Positions 29,399 to 39,025 of a stretch of 64,000 nt of DNA are shown here, piece by piece. Positions within the stretch are counted from its first letter, which is position 1. The number at the start of each line of letters is the position of its first letter. Source of the DNA: Candidatus Woesearchaeota archaeon (lineage in GTDB: Archaea; Nanobdellota; Nanobdellia; Woesearchaeales; JAFGPW01); NCBI GenBank assembly GCA_016935985.1, contig JAFGPW010000004.1, positions 152,752 through 216,751 of the forward strand, given 5' to 3'. The notes under the pieces are model-generated. The model saw only the letters and a program-made list of their open reading frames with translations. It ran no database searches and was not told the DNA's origin. Made by a program: the position numbers and the translations under genes.

Positions 29399-30049
29399 GT
29401 GCGGCCTCTCCTGCTCATCACGATCATGCTCCTCATCACCGCCTGCGCCGCCAGCGTCGCTCTCAGCCAGGGCCTTCCGCTCGGCGTATCCCTCTTCATT
29501 ATTGGCGCGAACCAGACCGAATTCGACTTCGATCTCGACTGGAACCTCGCCTCGCTCCAGATCATCCCCAACGACACGAACGTCTCACGCATGCTCACGC
29601 CCATCCTCGGCAAGTACATCTCGGTCCATTACTACAACGCGACCGACATGGCGGACCACTGGAAGGTCTACAACCCGAGCCTGCCAATATGGGTCACCCA
29701 GGACCTCACGAATCTCGATGAGAAGAAGGGATTCTGGATACGGATCAACGAGTCGGTCAACCTGACCGTCAACGGATCGCAGAACTCATACAACGATATC
29801 CCGATACAGCCCGACTGGAACATGGTCGGCTACCCATCCCTCTTCAAGAGGAACGTTACGGTCGCGCTCACATCAATCTGGGGGAATTTCAGCTCAGTCC
29901 ATATGTACAACGCGACCGACATGGCGGACCACTGGAAGGTCTACAACCCGGCGCTGCCCGACTGGGTCGTGCAGGACCTCCTTTGGTTGGTTCCCAAACA
30001 CGGCTACTGGATAAGAGGAAACGACACGGACACATGGAGGGTGGAATAG
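29399..30049 (+). CDS. Secreted protein made of two DHWKVYNP repeats
   Basis: Signal peptide; two modules WNxx...DHWKVYNP...QDL...G(F/Y)WI; 45-bp identical repeats at 29633 and 29906. Confidence 0.82.
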   Translation: MRPLLLITIMLLITACAASVALSQGLPLGVSLFIIGANQTEFDFDLDWNLASLQIIPNDTNVSRMLTPILGKYISVHYYNATDMADHWKVYNPSLPIWVTQDLTNLDEKKGFWIRINESVNLTVNGSQNSYNDIPIQPDWNMVGYPSLFKRNVTVALTSIWGNFSSVHMYNATDMADHWKVYNPALPDWVVQDLLWLVPKHGYWIRGNDTDTWRVE

Positions 30050-30054
30050 GTGAG

Positions 30055-30206
30055 ATGATGGGGCGCTCCTGAAACTGCAGGATGAGGGATTCCTCGCGGT
30101 TGCAATCGGCCTCGTCGCTGCAGTGGCGTGCGCTGTGCCCCCAATCCCTAGGGAGATGTACCGGCAAGCCGCCGAGGAAGATGGATATGATGGTGAGAGC
30201 ACATGA
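30055..30206 (+). pseudogene. Remnant of an AVPPI-family surface protein (signal peptide only)
   Basis: Frame reads FLAVAIGLVAAVACAVPPIPREMY then decays; ATGATG at 30055 is out of frame. Confidence 0.5.
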
Positions 30207-30217
30207 GAGATGACCAC

Positions 30218-30739
30218 ATGAGCAAAGCAGTGGCCCTGCTGGCGATCGCGCTCCTCGCGGCTCCTGCAGCGGCCGCGGTGCCGCCGATAGCGATGGAGAT
30301 TTATGGCGGGATCACGATCGACGGCGAGGACGCGATCGAAGGGATCCTCGTAGAGGCGTACGGCGAGGACGGCCGGCTCTGCGGCCGGTTCGTCGTCGAA
30401 GTGCCGGGAAAATACGGCCTGCTCTCCTGCAATGCCGACGATCCCGACACCGAGGAGGACGAGGGAGCGTCGCCGGGCGAGGCGATCGTGTTCAGGATCA
30501 ATCGGCAGGCGGCCGTCGCTGAGCGGCAGGTCCTCTTCGAGGCAGGAGAGTTCGCTGAGGTGAGGCTTGCCGCGTCGCTCCCTGACGGCCAGCAGCCGTT
30601 TATGGAGGTGCCGGCAGACGATGAGGGCGGCGCGCCATGGAAGACCATCTTCGTCGCGATCATCGTCGTCCTCGCCCTCATCGTATGGAACAAGCGGCTC
30701 GAGCTCCGGATAAAGGATCTCACCAGGAAACGCGAATGA
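30218..30739 (+). CDS. Membrane-anchored surface protein with YGLL.C/DEGA domain (paralog 2)
   Basis: AVPPI after signal peptide; CGRF...YGLLSC.ADD..T..DEGA..G; C-terminal TM. Confidence 0.82.
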   Translation: MSKAVALLAIALLAAPAAAAVPPIAMEIYGGITIDGEDAIEGILVEAYGEDGRLCGRFVVEVPGKYGLLSCNADDPDTEEDEGASPGEAIVFRINRQAAVAERQVLFEAGEFAEVRLAASLPDGQQPFMEVPADDEGGAPWKTIFVAIIVVLALIVWNKRLELRIKDLTRKRE

Positions 30740-33666
30740 GGAAGAGCAGCTCACAGCGGACCGTGCAGGCGATCTTGGTAGCAGTCGCCCTCATCATGGT
30801 CATGCGTCTCGCCTCGGCGGTGCCGCCGATACCTGCGTCCTTCTCAGGAACGCTCACCATCGACGGCGCGAACGCGCCTCCCGGCACGAACGTATCGGCG
30901 TTCGACCCCGACGGCGTGATGTGCGGCCAGTTCATCTCCACTGTCGTCGGCTTCTACGGCCTGCTCGACTGCGAGGGCGACGACACGGACACCGGCCCTG
31001 ATGAGGGAGCCGAGGACGGCGACACGATAACATTCTACGTCGACGGCGACCTCGCGGACGCCGTCGGGAGCACGACCTGGACCGCAGGAGGGTTCCCGGT
31101 GGCGAACCTGAACGCGCAGAACGACCCGCCGACGATTTCGTCGATATCCGGGCTCTCGGGGACCGTGCCGGCAGGCTCCCTGCAGACCGTCGACTCGGTG
31201 ACGAGCGACCCGAACCCGACCTTCGGGACTAAGGACCAGGTGCGGCTCATCATCTGCACGACGAACTCCGCGTCTGACGGCTCCGGCTGCGACGCCGCGA
31301 CCGTCTGTAGCGGCGCGCTCGCCGCCGACGACCCGAGCTGCTCATTCAACGTCGAAGGCAGCACCGGCTCCTGGACGCGCTACGTCTTCGCCATGGACGA
31401 GCACGACGAGGTCTCGCTCTCATCGCGGCAGCTCACCTATTCGACCGACGGATCGCCGCCCTCGATCACGGGCATCACGCCGACGAACAACTCCTGGCAG
31501 AACGCGACCCCGCTCCCGCTCAACGTCAACACCGACGAGAACGGCTGGTGCAAGTACGACTTCGCCGTGGGGATCGCGTTCGCGGCTAAGGCGAACCTCA
31601 TGACCGGCGGCGGGTCATCGGCCCACGATGGCAACGTCGCGCTCGCGCCGGGGAACAACGATTTCTACATCCAGTGCAACGACACTTTCGGCAACGTCAT
31701 GGCGCTCGCCGACGAGGTCCACCACCGCCTCCGGTACGATGACGCTAACCCCACCTCCGGCGGCGCGACCGTGTGGATCGACGGCGGCGACCCGAACAGC
31801 ACGATCGGGAACGTCTACGTCAACTGGACTGGCTTCACCGACGCGCAGTCGGGCATCATGGGCTACTACTACAACACCGCCAACAACCAAGGAACGATCG
31901 GCGGGACCTACACCGCGAACACCTTCGCGAGCATGGCCCTGCCTGAGGGCGCGGCGCCCGCGGTCTACGTCTGGCCGATTGACATTTCCTATCGCATCGG
32001 AAACGCCGCGTCAGACACCATCATGGTCGACCTTACCCCACCCACCCTCTCCAATTGGGCGGAATCGCCGCCTGACCTCAACTCGAGCTCACCCGAGAAC
32101 TTCACCGTGTCGGTGACCGCGGCAGATGCGGTCTCAGGCCTCAACGGCAGCCCCCAGCTGCGGTACCGCAGGGGGAGCTACGACTCCTCATACACCTCCT
32201 GGCAGACGATGTCAGGCGCCGGCCCCTCTTACAGCCATACCATCCCGCAGCCGACCGGCGGCTGGTTCACGATCATCGACGAGTATGTCTATTACCAGGT
32301 CAGGGTCTGGGACCGCGTCGGTTGGAACCAGACGACCGGCATCCTCTCCGAGCGCGTGAACCGCATGAACTACCCGCCGGTCTTCGACGCGATCGGCAAC
32401 AAGGTCGCCCAGGAGGACGAGCTCATCTGGTTCTATATCCATGCTGCCGACAACGACAACGACACGCTCGCCTTCACGAGCAACCTCTCCGTCCTTTCCA
32501 TCGCCACTGTGAATCGGACCACCGCGAACGTCAGCTGGACGCCCGGCTACGCGTACAACGGCGACAACCATATCTATTTCACCGCGGATGACGGGACCGT
32601 CGCCGTGAACTCCTCGACGGTCAACATCTGGGTGAACGCGACGAACGATGCCCCTGTGCTCGCAACGATCGCTGACCAGACCGTCTACGTGCACGAGGAG
32701 CTGAGCATCCAGGCCATGGCGACCGATGAGGACAACGAGACGATCACCTATCATCAGGATCCCGGCTCGAGGAGCGTCTTCAGAATCGATCCGGCGACAG
32801 GGTGGATCAACTTCACCGCGCTCCTCGGCTATGTCGGACGCCGGAACGTCACCATCTACGCCTCCGACGGGAAGGTCAACGACTCCGAGAACTTCACGCT
32901 CACAATCTACTACTGCGGAGATGACATCTGCAACACGAACGAGAACTGCTCGTCCTGCCCGCAGGACTGCGGCAGCTGCAGCTCCCAGCGCCCTGACCGG
33001 CTCGCCATTGTCATCCAGCCGCGCAACTGCCTGAACCAGACCATGCTCATCAAGGTGTATGACATGACGGTGCGTGCGAACTGCACGACGATGGGGCTGA
33101 TCTATGAGGGCTATGAGGTGTGCGGCAACCTGAGCGATGTCGGGCTCACCATCTCCATCAAGGACGAGGGAACCGGCACCTACAACGAGAGCGCGGAGCT
33201 CTCCACCGACGATCTCGGCGAGGCGACATTCACGCCGATGATCCCCGGCCACTATCGGATCGTCGCGAAGAAGTCGGACTATCCCGACACCCTGATGCAC
33301 TTCGAGGCCGACTACTGCTACGCCAACGAGACGCTCAACGAGACGACGGCGCCGGCGGCCGTGAACCAGACCGGCGAGCCCACGACGGAGCCCGCCACGA
33401 AGCCGCCGGAGACCGAGGGGCCGGAGGAGGTTCTCCCCAAAGAGGAGACGAGCCTCTTCCTCTTCATCCTGTACTATGTCATCATCCCGATACTCCTCCT
33501 CTCGCTCTTCACCGCGAGCGCCTGGTACTACCAGAAGGAGAAGGACAACAGCATCGCGATCCTGAAGGCTCGGATATCGGTGAAGCGCCAGTACCTCGTG
33601 CTCGCGAAGTACGCCGAGTACTACTGGCACCTGCTCCTCGAGAGGATCGGGCTCGGCAAGAAATGA
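30736..33666 (+). CDS. Large multidomain surface adhesin-like protein (YGLL.C/DEGA domain, Ig/cadherin-like repeats, Cys-rich segment, TM)
   Basis: NDPP/NYPP/NDAP cadherin-like boundaries; CGDDICN..ENCSSCPQDC; C-terminal TM. Confidence 0.82.
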   Translation: MRKSSSQRTVQAILVAVALIMVMRLASAVPPIPASFSGTLTIDGANAPPGTNVSAFDPDGVMCGQFISTVVGFYGLLDCEGDDTDTGPDEGAEDGDTITFYVDGDLADAVGSTTWTAGGFPVANLNAQNDPPTISSISGLSGTVPAGSLQTVDSVTSDPNPTFGTKDQVRLIICTTNSASDGSGCDAATVCSGALAADDPSCSFNVEGSTGSWTRYVFAMDEHDEVSLSSRQLTYSTDGSPPSITGITPTNNSWQNATPLPLNVNTDENGWCKYDFAVGIAFAAKANLMTGGGSSAHDGNVALAPGNNDFYIQCNDTFGNVMALADEVHHRLRYDDANPTSGGATVWIDGGDPNSTIGNVYVNWTGFTDAQSGIMGYYYNTANNQGTIGGTYTANTFASMALPEGAAPAVYVWPIDISYRIGNAASDTIMVDLTPPTLSNWAESPPDLNSSSPENFTVSVTAADAVSGLNGSPQLRYRRGSYDSSYTSWQTMSGAGPSYSHTIPQPTGGWFTIIDEYVYYQVRVWDRVGWNQTTGILSERVNRMNYPPVFDAIGNKVAQEDELIWFYIHAADNDNDTLAFTSNLSVLSIATVNRTTANVSWTPGYAYNGDNHIYFTADDGTVAVNSSTVNIWVNATNDAPVLATIADQTVYVHEELSIQAMATDEDNETITYHQDPGSRSVFRIDPATGWINFTALLGYVGRRNVTIYASDGKVNDSENFTLTIYYCGDDICNTNENCSSCPQDCGSCSSQRPDRLAIVIQPRNCLNQTMLIKVYDMTVRANCTTMGLIYEGYEVCGNLSDVGLTISIKDEGTGTYNESAELSTDDLGEATFTPMIPGHYRIVAKKSDYPDTLMHFEADYCYANETLNETTAPAAVNQTGEPTTEPATKPPETEGPEEVLPKEETSLFLFILYYVIIPILLLSLFTASAWYYQKEKDNSIAILKARISVKRQYLVLAKYAEYYWHLLLERIGLGKK

Positions 33667-33676
33667 GCATGGAAGC

Positions 33677-34423
33677 GTGAATCAGACCATGGCACGCCAA
33701 CCCGTACGACGGATCCTGATCCATAGCGGCTCGGTCTTCTATGTCCGTGACCTCTCTTCCGACTACCACTGCCAGCACGGCAGGATCGCGAAGGCTGACC
33801 TCATGAAACGGGCGGGCTCGCGCATCAGGAGCAACACGGGCAGGGAGTTCGTGCTGCTGCGTCCGGGCTTCCGCGACCAGCTGGCGAGGATGCGGCGCGG
33901 CCCCCAAATCATCCCAGCGAAGGACGTGGGGGCGATTCTCGCGATGACCGGCATCGGCAAGACGAGCGCGGCGGTCGATGCCGGCTGCGGCAGCGGCGCG
34001 CTCGCCCTCTCTCTCTCCCAGGTGGCAAAAAGGGTCACGAGCTACGAGGTGCGGGAGGACTTCTTCAGGATCGCGGAGGAGAACAAGCGCCTCCTCAAGG
34101 CCGCCAACCTCACGCTCAAGAATCAGGACATCACGCTCGGCATCGACGAGCGTTCGGTCGACCTCGTCACCCTCGACCTCCCGGAGCCCTGGAAGGCGAT
34201 CCCGCACGCGCACGCGGCGCTCAAGCCCGGCGGGTGGCTCGTCTCCTACAGCCCGAGCGTCCCGCAGGCGATGGACTTCCTCGCGTCGCTCGGGGAGCGG
34301 TTCATGCATGTCCGGACGATCGAGCTCATCGAGCGCGAGTGGGAATTCGAGGGCAGGAAGGTGCGCCCCAGGAGCAGGATGCTCGGCCATTCGGGATTCC
34401 TCTCGTTCTGCCGAAAGGTTTAA
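33677..34423 (+). CDS. trmI: tRNA (adenine57/58-N1)-methyltransferase
   Basis: RGPQIIPAKD, DAGCGSG, LDLPEPW, HSGFL. Confidence 0.92.
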   Translation: MNQTMARQPVRRILIHSGSVFYVRDLSSDYHCQHGRIAKADLMKRAGSRIRSNTGREFVLLRPGFRDQLARMRRGPQIIPAKDVGAILAMTGIGKTSAAVDAGCGSGALALSLSQVAKRVTSYEVREDFFRIAEENKRLLKAANLTLKNQDITLGIDERSVDLVTLDLPEPWKAIPHAHAALKPGGWLVSYSPSVPQAMDFLASLGERFMHVRTIELIEREWEFEGRKVRPRSRMLGHSGFLSFCRKV

Positions 34424-34460
34424 ATCGGTCGCCCGCCTACCCCCTGTTGGGGGTGCAGCC

Positions 34461-34688
34461 ATGCTGGCATATGTCTTGGTGGCGCTCGCGACGAACCGGG
34501 AGAAGGACGTCTTCGACGCTCTATCCAATCTTCCGCAGGTGCGCAAGATCCACATCCTCTTCGGCGAATGGGACATGATCGTCGAGGTGCAGTGCGCTAG
34601 CCCTGAGGACCTCGCGGACTTCGTCATGAACAGCATTCGCACCACGAAGGACGTCAAGCTCACGAGCACGCTGATCGTCGCGCAGTGA
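34461..34688 (+). CDS. Stand-alone Lrp/AsnC ligand-binding (RAM) domain protein
   Basis: MLAYVLV...LFGEWDMIVEV...TSTLIV. Confidence 0.88.
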   Translation: MLAYVLVALATNREKDVFDALSNLPQVRKIHILFGEWDMIVEVQCASPEDLADFVMNSIRTTKDVKLTSTLIVAQ

Positions 34689-34743
34689 CGATCGCGCCGG
34701 GGGTTGGAAAGGTTTTAATAGGATAGGATCCCCTGTAGGGTGC

Positions 34744-35748
34744 ATGTCCATCGAGCTCATCCTCAAGCCGCTCTCGCTCGAACGGCGGCCGCGAAACATC
34801 TTCCCCTTCGGGCTCCTGTTCGCGACAATCGCAGTCATCCTCACGCTCCTCGCATTCCCCAGGGACAGCTCGATCCTGGTGGTCACTTTCACCGTCATCC
34901 CGCTCGTCCCTATCTTCATCAAGATCATCGAGATCGAGGAGCGGGACTACGAGCGGCGGCCGCGGCGGCTCTTCTTCAGGCACAACATCCTGCAGGTGTA
35001 CGCGTGGCTCTTCCTCTCGCTCATCATCGGCTTCTCGCTCTGGTACGGCTTCCTGCCCGAGGAGACGTCCTCGCGTGTCTTCGGCTCGCAGCTGCGGGCG
35101 CTCTACGACTCTTCCGAGGGGACCCCTGGGCAGCAGGGGAGCGCGAACTACGGCGCAGGACCGGTCTCGGCGCGCCTCTGCGACAGCTCGCTCCTCTCCG
35201 GACTCCTCATATCCCACGACATCACCGACTGCGTCGTCTCCGACGTCGACCATGACGGGGCCGCCGAGTACCTCGTCTATGAGCGTCAGGAGGGAAGGCC
35301 CTTCATCGTCTACCTGACGGCGGCGGGCGAGTACGTCTCGTACCGCACCTTCATGTCGAGAGTCATCATCCTGAACAACCTGCAGCTCCTGCTCTTCATC
35401 TTCCTCACCTCGTTCATCTTCGGCGCCGGCGCGCTCTTCGCCCTGATATGGAACGCCTCGATCATCGGCGTCTTCGTCGGCGCGAGCATGAGGGGGCTCT
35501 CCGGCACGCTCCCGCCGCTCGCCGCATATGCCCACTCGCTCGGGCTCTCGCTCTGGACGATCGCGCTCCACGGCGTCCCTGAGATGCTCGGCTTCTTCAT
35601 CGGGGCGCTTTCCGGCGGCATCGTGAGCGTCGCGGTCGTCAGGCACGGGCTATCGAGGCAGAGCCTGCCGGTCCTAAAGGATTCGCTCTGGCTCTTCGCG
35701 CTGGCGGTCGGCCTGATAGCCATCGCTGGCGTCATCGAGGTGCTCTGA
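34744..35748 (+). CDS. SpoIIM/DUF95-like membrane protein with extracellular insertion
   Basis: ILNN, WNASIIG, HGVPE, AGVIE motifs. Confidence 0.8.
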   Translation: MSIELILKPLSLERRPRNIFPFGLLFATIAVILTLLAFPRDSSILVVTFTVIPLVPIFIKIIEIEERDYERRPRRLFFRHNILQVYAWLFLSLIIGFSLWYGFLPEETSSRVFGSQLRALYDSSEGTPGQQGSANYGAGPVSARLCDSSLLSGLLISHDITDCVVSDVDHDGAAEYLVYERQEGRPFIVYLTAAGEYVSYRTFMSRVIILNNLQLLLFIFLTSFIFGAGALFALIWNASIIGVFVGASMRGLSGTLPPLAAYAHSLGLSLWTIALHGVPEMLGFFIGALSGGIVSVAVVRHGLSRQSLPVLKDSLWLFALAVGLIAIAGVIEVL

Positions 35749-35750
35749 CG

Positions 35751-36320
35751 ATGCGGACGAAGCCCCAGATGCGCGTGCTCGGGATCGACGACGCGCCGTT
35801 CGACCGCAGCAGGAAGGGGGCGCGGGTGCGGCTCGTGGGGGTGGTCGTCCGCGGCGCGGACTACCTCGATGGCATCCTCTCCACCTCTGTGACGGTCGAC
35901 GGCAGGAACGCGACCGCTCGAATCGCCACCATGGTCAACGGCTCGAAGTGGAAGAGGCAGCTCCAAGCGATATTCCTCGACGGCATCGCGGTCGCCGGCT
36001 TCAATGTGATCGACATACGACGATTGCATGCGGAGACCGGCATCCCGGTGGTCGTGGTGATGCGGCGGCAGCCCGACATCGCGGCGATCCGCCGCGCGCT
36101 CGAGAGATCGGGGATGCCGGAGCGGATGCGGGTCATCGGCCGCGCGCCCCAACCCGAGAAGGTCGGCGACATCTATGTCCAGGCGATAGGCACGGAACGG
36201 GAGGAGATGAGGCGCGTGCTCAGGATATGCTGCGCGCATGCGAAGGTTCCTGAGGCGCTGCGGCTCGCGCACATCATCGCGTCAGGCGTGACCGACGGTG
36301 AGAGCAGGGGCCGCGCCTAG
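35751..36320 (+). CDS. DUF99 (endonuclease V-like) protein
   Basis: LGIDD, DGIAVAGFNVIDI, PEALRLAHIIASG. Confidence 0.9.
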   Translation: MRTKPQMRVLGIDDAPFDRSRKGARVRLVGVVVRGADYLDGILSTSVTVDGRNATARIATMVNGSKWKRQLQAIFLDGIAVAGFNVIDIRRLHAETGIPVVVVMRRQPDIAAIRRALERSGMPERMRVIGRAPQPEKVGDIYVQAIGTEREEMRRVLRICCAHAKVPEALRLAHIIASGVTDGESRGRA

Positions 36321-36322
36321 GA

Positions 36323-38077
36323 TCAGGTATAATAGCGTTTCCCGGCCTCCTTCTGCCTGCGGTCCATCACCGACCCTTCCTTGTTGATGCGGGGACGGTG
36401 CGACTCCTGGTCGCGCCGCATGGTGATGTCGAGGTCGCCGAGGAAGCGGTTCATGCCTTCCCCCATCGTGAACGGGCCGGTGACAGCGCCTCTCCTCGCC
36501 GGTTCGCCGTCGAAGACGATGAGCTTCTCTGAGAGGTAGTCGATGAAGAGGAGGTCGTGGTCGATGACCAAGACAGTCTTTCCCGCCTGCTCGGCGAAGT
36601 CGCGCAGCACCTTCGAGACGATGAGCCGCTGCTCGACGTCGAGGTAGGCAGAGGGCTCGTCGAGGAGATAGAGGTCTGCTTGCTGGGCGAGGCAACGGGC
36701 GATCGCGACGCGCTGGAGCTGGCCGCCGGAGAGCTCGGCAAGGGTCTTGTCCATGAGCCGGTCGAGCCCGAGCGGCCTGACGACCGTTGTCTGGTGTTTC
36801 GCGACCGCGTCGGCGAGGATCATGGCGGCAGGAGCGTCGCCTGCCTCGAGGTACTGCGGCTTATACGACACCTTCCCGGTGTCGGAGAGCTCGCCCGCGT
36901 CCGGCTGTATCTCGCCCGCGAGGATGCGCGCGAAGGTGGTCTTGCCGATGCCGTTCTCGCCGAGGATGCCGAGCACCTGCTCCCGCTGCGCCTCTCCCCC
37001 TTCTGCGGTGAGCTCGAAGTCGCCGAGCGTCTTCTTGAGGCCCTTCCAGGCGAGCAGCGTCTCGGTCCTCCTGGCGGATTCGGAGGGACGTGTCGAGAAG
37101 GCGATCGCACTGTCGCGGAAGCGCACGTTCTCTTCCTTCAGGTAGCCTGAGAGGTAGGTGTTGATGCCGGCCTTCGTCGCCTTCGGGCCGGACACGATGC
37201 CGTAGGCGTTCTCGGCGCCGTACATCAGGTGCACGAGGTCGGTCATGTAGTCGAGGATGATCAGGTCGTGCTCGACCACCAGGACCGCGGTCTCCTCATC
37301 GGCGAGCGAGCGTATGAACCGCGCGACCCTGATGCGCTGCTTGATGTCGAGGTGGGACGACGGCTCGTCGAAGACGAGCAGGTTCGCCCGCTTGAGGACC
37401 GTCGCCGCGATCGCGACGCGCTGGAGCTCGCCGCCGGAGATGTGCGTGATGTCCCGGTCGAGGATTTTCTCCAGCTGGAGCAGGGGGACGATCTCGTCGA
37501 GCATGCCGCGCTCGTCGGCCTTGGTGAGGAGGTCGCGGACCCTGCCGCTAAAGGCCTTCGGGATCTGGTCGATGTTCTGCGGTTTGTAGCCGATCCTGAT
37601 GCCGCCTGCCTTTACCTCCTCGAAGAAGCGCTGCATCTCGCTCCCCTTGAAGCGCTCGATCAGCTCCTCATGGCTCGGCTCCCCCCAGAGGTTGCCGAGG
37701 TTGGGCTTTAGCGTGCCGGCGAGGATCTTTATCGCGGTCGACTTGCCGATGCCGTTCCTGCCGAGGATGCCGACGACCTTGCCGAAGATGGGTATGGGGA
37801 GGTTGTAGAGGTGGAAGCCGTTCTCGCCGTACTGGTGGATCGGCGCTGAGCCGAGCTCCTCGGGCAGGTTGATTATGTGGATCGCGCCGAAGGGGCAGCG
37901 CTTGGGGCAGATGCCGCAGCCGGTGCAGAGCGCTTCGTCTATCCTGGCCTTGCCGTCCTCCCCTTGTGTGATGCAGTCGGTGCCGGTCCTGTTGACTGGG
38001 CAGAGCTTCCTGCAGAGGAAGTCGCCGCATTTTACGGGGAAGCACCGGTCCTTCTCGACGACAGCGATGCGTGCCAT
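36323..38077 (-). CDS. rli: Ribosome recycling ATPase ABCE1 (RLI)
   Basis: N-terminal Fe-S (CTGCGICPKRCPFGAI) and two ABC domains. Confidence 0.97.
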   Translation of the reverse strand: MARIAVVEKDRCFPVKCGDFLCRKLCPVNRTGTDCITQGEDGKARIDEALCTGCGICPKRCPFGAIHIINLPEELGSAPIHQYGENGFHLYNLPIPIFGKVVGILGRNGIGKSTAIKILAGTLKPNLGNLWGEPSHEELIERFKGSEMQRFFEEVKAGGIRIGYKPQNIDQIPKAFSGRVRDLLTKADERGMLDEIVPLLQLEKILDRDITHISGGELQRVAIAATVLKRANLLVFDEPSSHLDIKQRIRVARFIRSLADEETAVLVVEHDLIILDYMTDLVHLMYGAENAYGIVSGPKATKAGINTYLSGYLKEENVRFRDSAIAFSTRPSESARRTETLLAWKGLKKTLGDFELTAEGGEAQREQVLGILGENGIGKTTFARILAGEIQPDAGELSDTGKVSYKPQYLEAGDAPAAMILADAVAKHQTTVVRPLGLDRLMDKTLAELSGGQLQRVAIARCLAQQADLYLLDEPSAYLDVEQRLIVSKVLRDFAEQAGKTVLVIDHDLLFIDYLSEKLIVFDGEPARRGAVTGPFTMGEGMNRFLGDLDITMRRDQESHRPRINKEGSVMDRRQKEAGKRYYT

Positions 38078-38323
38078 GGCGCGGGGAAAGGAGGGGGAGG
38101 ATTAAAAAGGTTTGCTGGTATTAATTATTTTCAATATAGTAAAAAAATGAGTACGCGAGGAAGACGACCTGACGACTCAAGCACGTCCCTCTCCCACGAG
38201 GCCGTGCGATTGACACAGAGAATCGGGGACCTGGACTGATCGCGGCGCTTGCGCGGTCCGGTAACGGCAGCCGCAGGCAAATCTTAAATAGAGAGACGCA
38301 CGATAGGGAATGTTACGATACAA

Positions 38324-38863
38324 ATGATGAGCATGGCCCTGCTTTTGGCTGGTGCTGTCGTCGCAGGCATCATCATCTATTATTCCGTATCAAAGGAGGG
38401 ACCGGTAGGAAGGATGGGAAAGGAAAAGAGGAAAAGCGTCGTCATGATCTGGATCTTGGGCATCTTCCTTGCAGCCATGATCTCAGGGTTCGTCAACCTC
38501 GGCATCGAGGTTTTTTACCCTTCACCGAAATACGAAGCGTACTGCACACCAGAGATCGTGAGCGACGAGGTGAGCAAAGAGGGGGATTATTATCCGAAGC
38601 AATGCGATCTCGAGTACCAAAGCGCCAGGGACGGATACAACCAGAACATCTTCTGGGTGCTCGCCCCCATCGGGTTCGTGCTGGTCGTGGCAGGGATATT
38701 CTATTCGAACCTGCTGATCAATCTGATAGGCGTTTTCGGCGGCAGCTTCCTGGTGATCGAGAGCATCATACGGAACCTGAGCAACAAGGTCATCGCGTTC
38801 ATCACGCTTGGCCTTATAATTATCCTCATAGGATACTTCGCGTTCAAGAAATACAAGGAATGA
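38324..38863 (+). CDS. Hypothetical multi-pass membrane protein
   Basis: About five hydrophobic helices, PxYExYC loop; visibly lower GC. Confidence 0.7.
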   Translation: MMSMALLLAGAVVAGIIIYYSVSKEGPVGRMGKEKRKSVVMIWILGIFLAAMISGFVNLGIEVFYPSPKYEAYCTPEIVSDEVSKEGDYYPKQCDLEYQSARDGYNQNIFWVLAPIGFVLVVAGIFYSNLLINLIGVFGGSFLVIESIIRNLSNKVIAFITLGLIIILIGYFAFKKYKE

Positions 38864-39025
38864 ACCAGGCGCTGCCCTCACATCCCCATCCCTATTTTTT
38901 TATAGGGTATAGGGCATGAGCTCCGTTAACGGGGCCTGTCCATGCGGATATTAATCCTTGAGTAGTATCATTTATATACAACCTCGATTCTGCCTACTGA
39001 TTACGGAGACGCGTCGTTGAGATGC

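Noticed and set aside
27685..29980. Repeats as a CRISPR array or DGR template/variable repeats
   Set aside because: They are in-frame coding repeats with a 273-bp period; no cas or reverse transcriptase, and no adenine-specific mismatch pattern.
38147..38239. 30-aa ORF MSTRGRRPDD... in an intergenic region
   Set aside because: No compositional signal, motif or clear promoter spacing.
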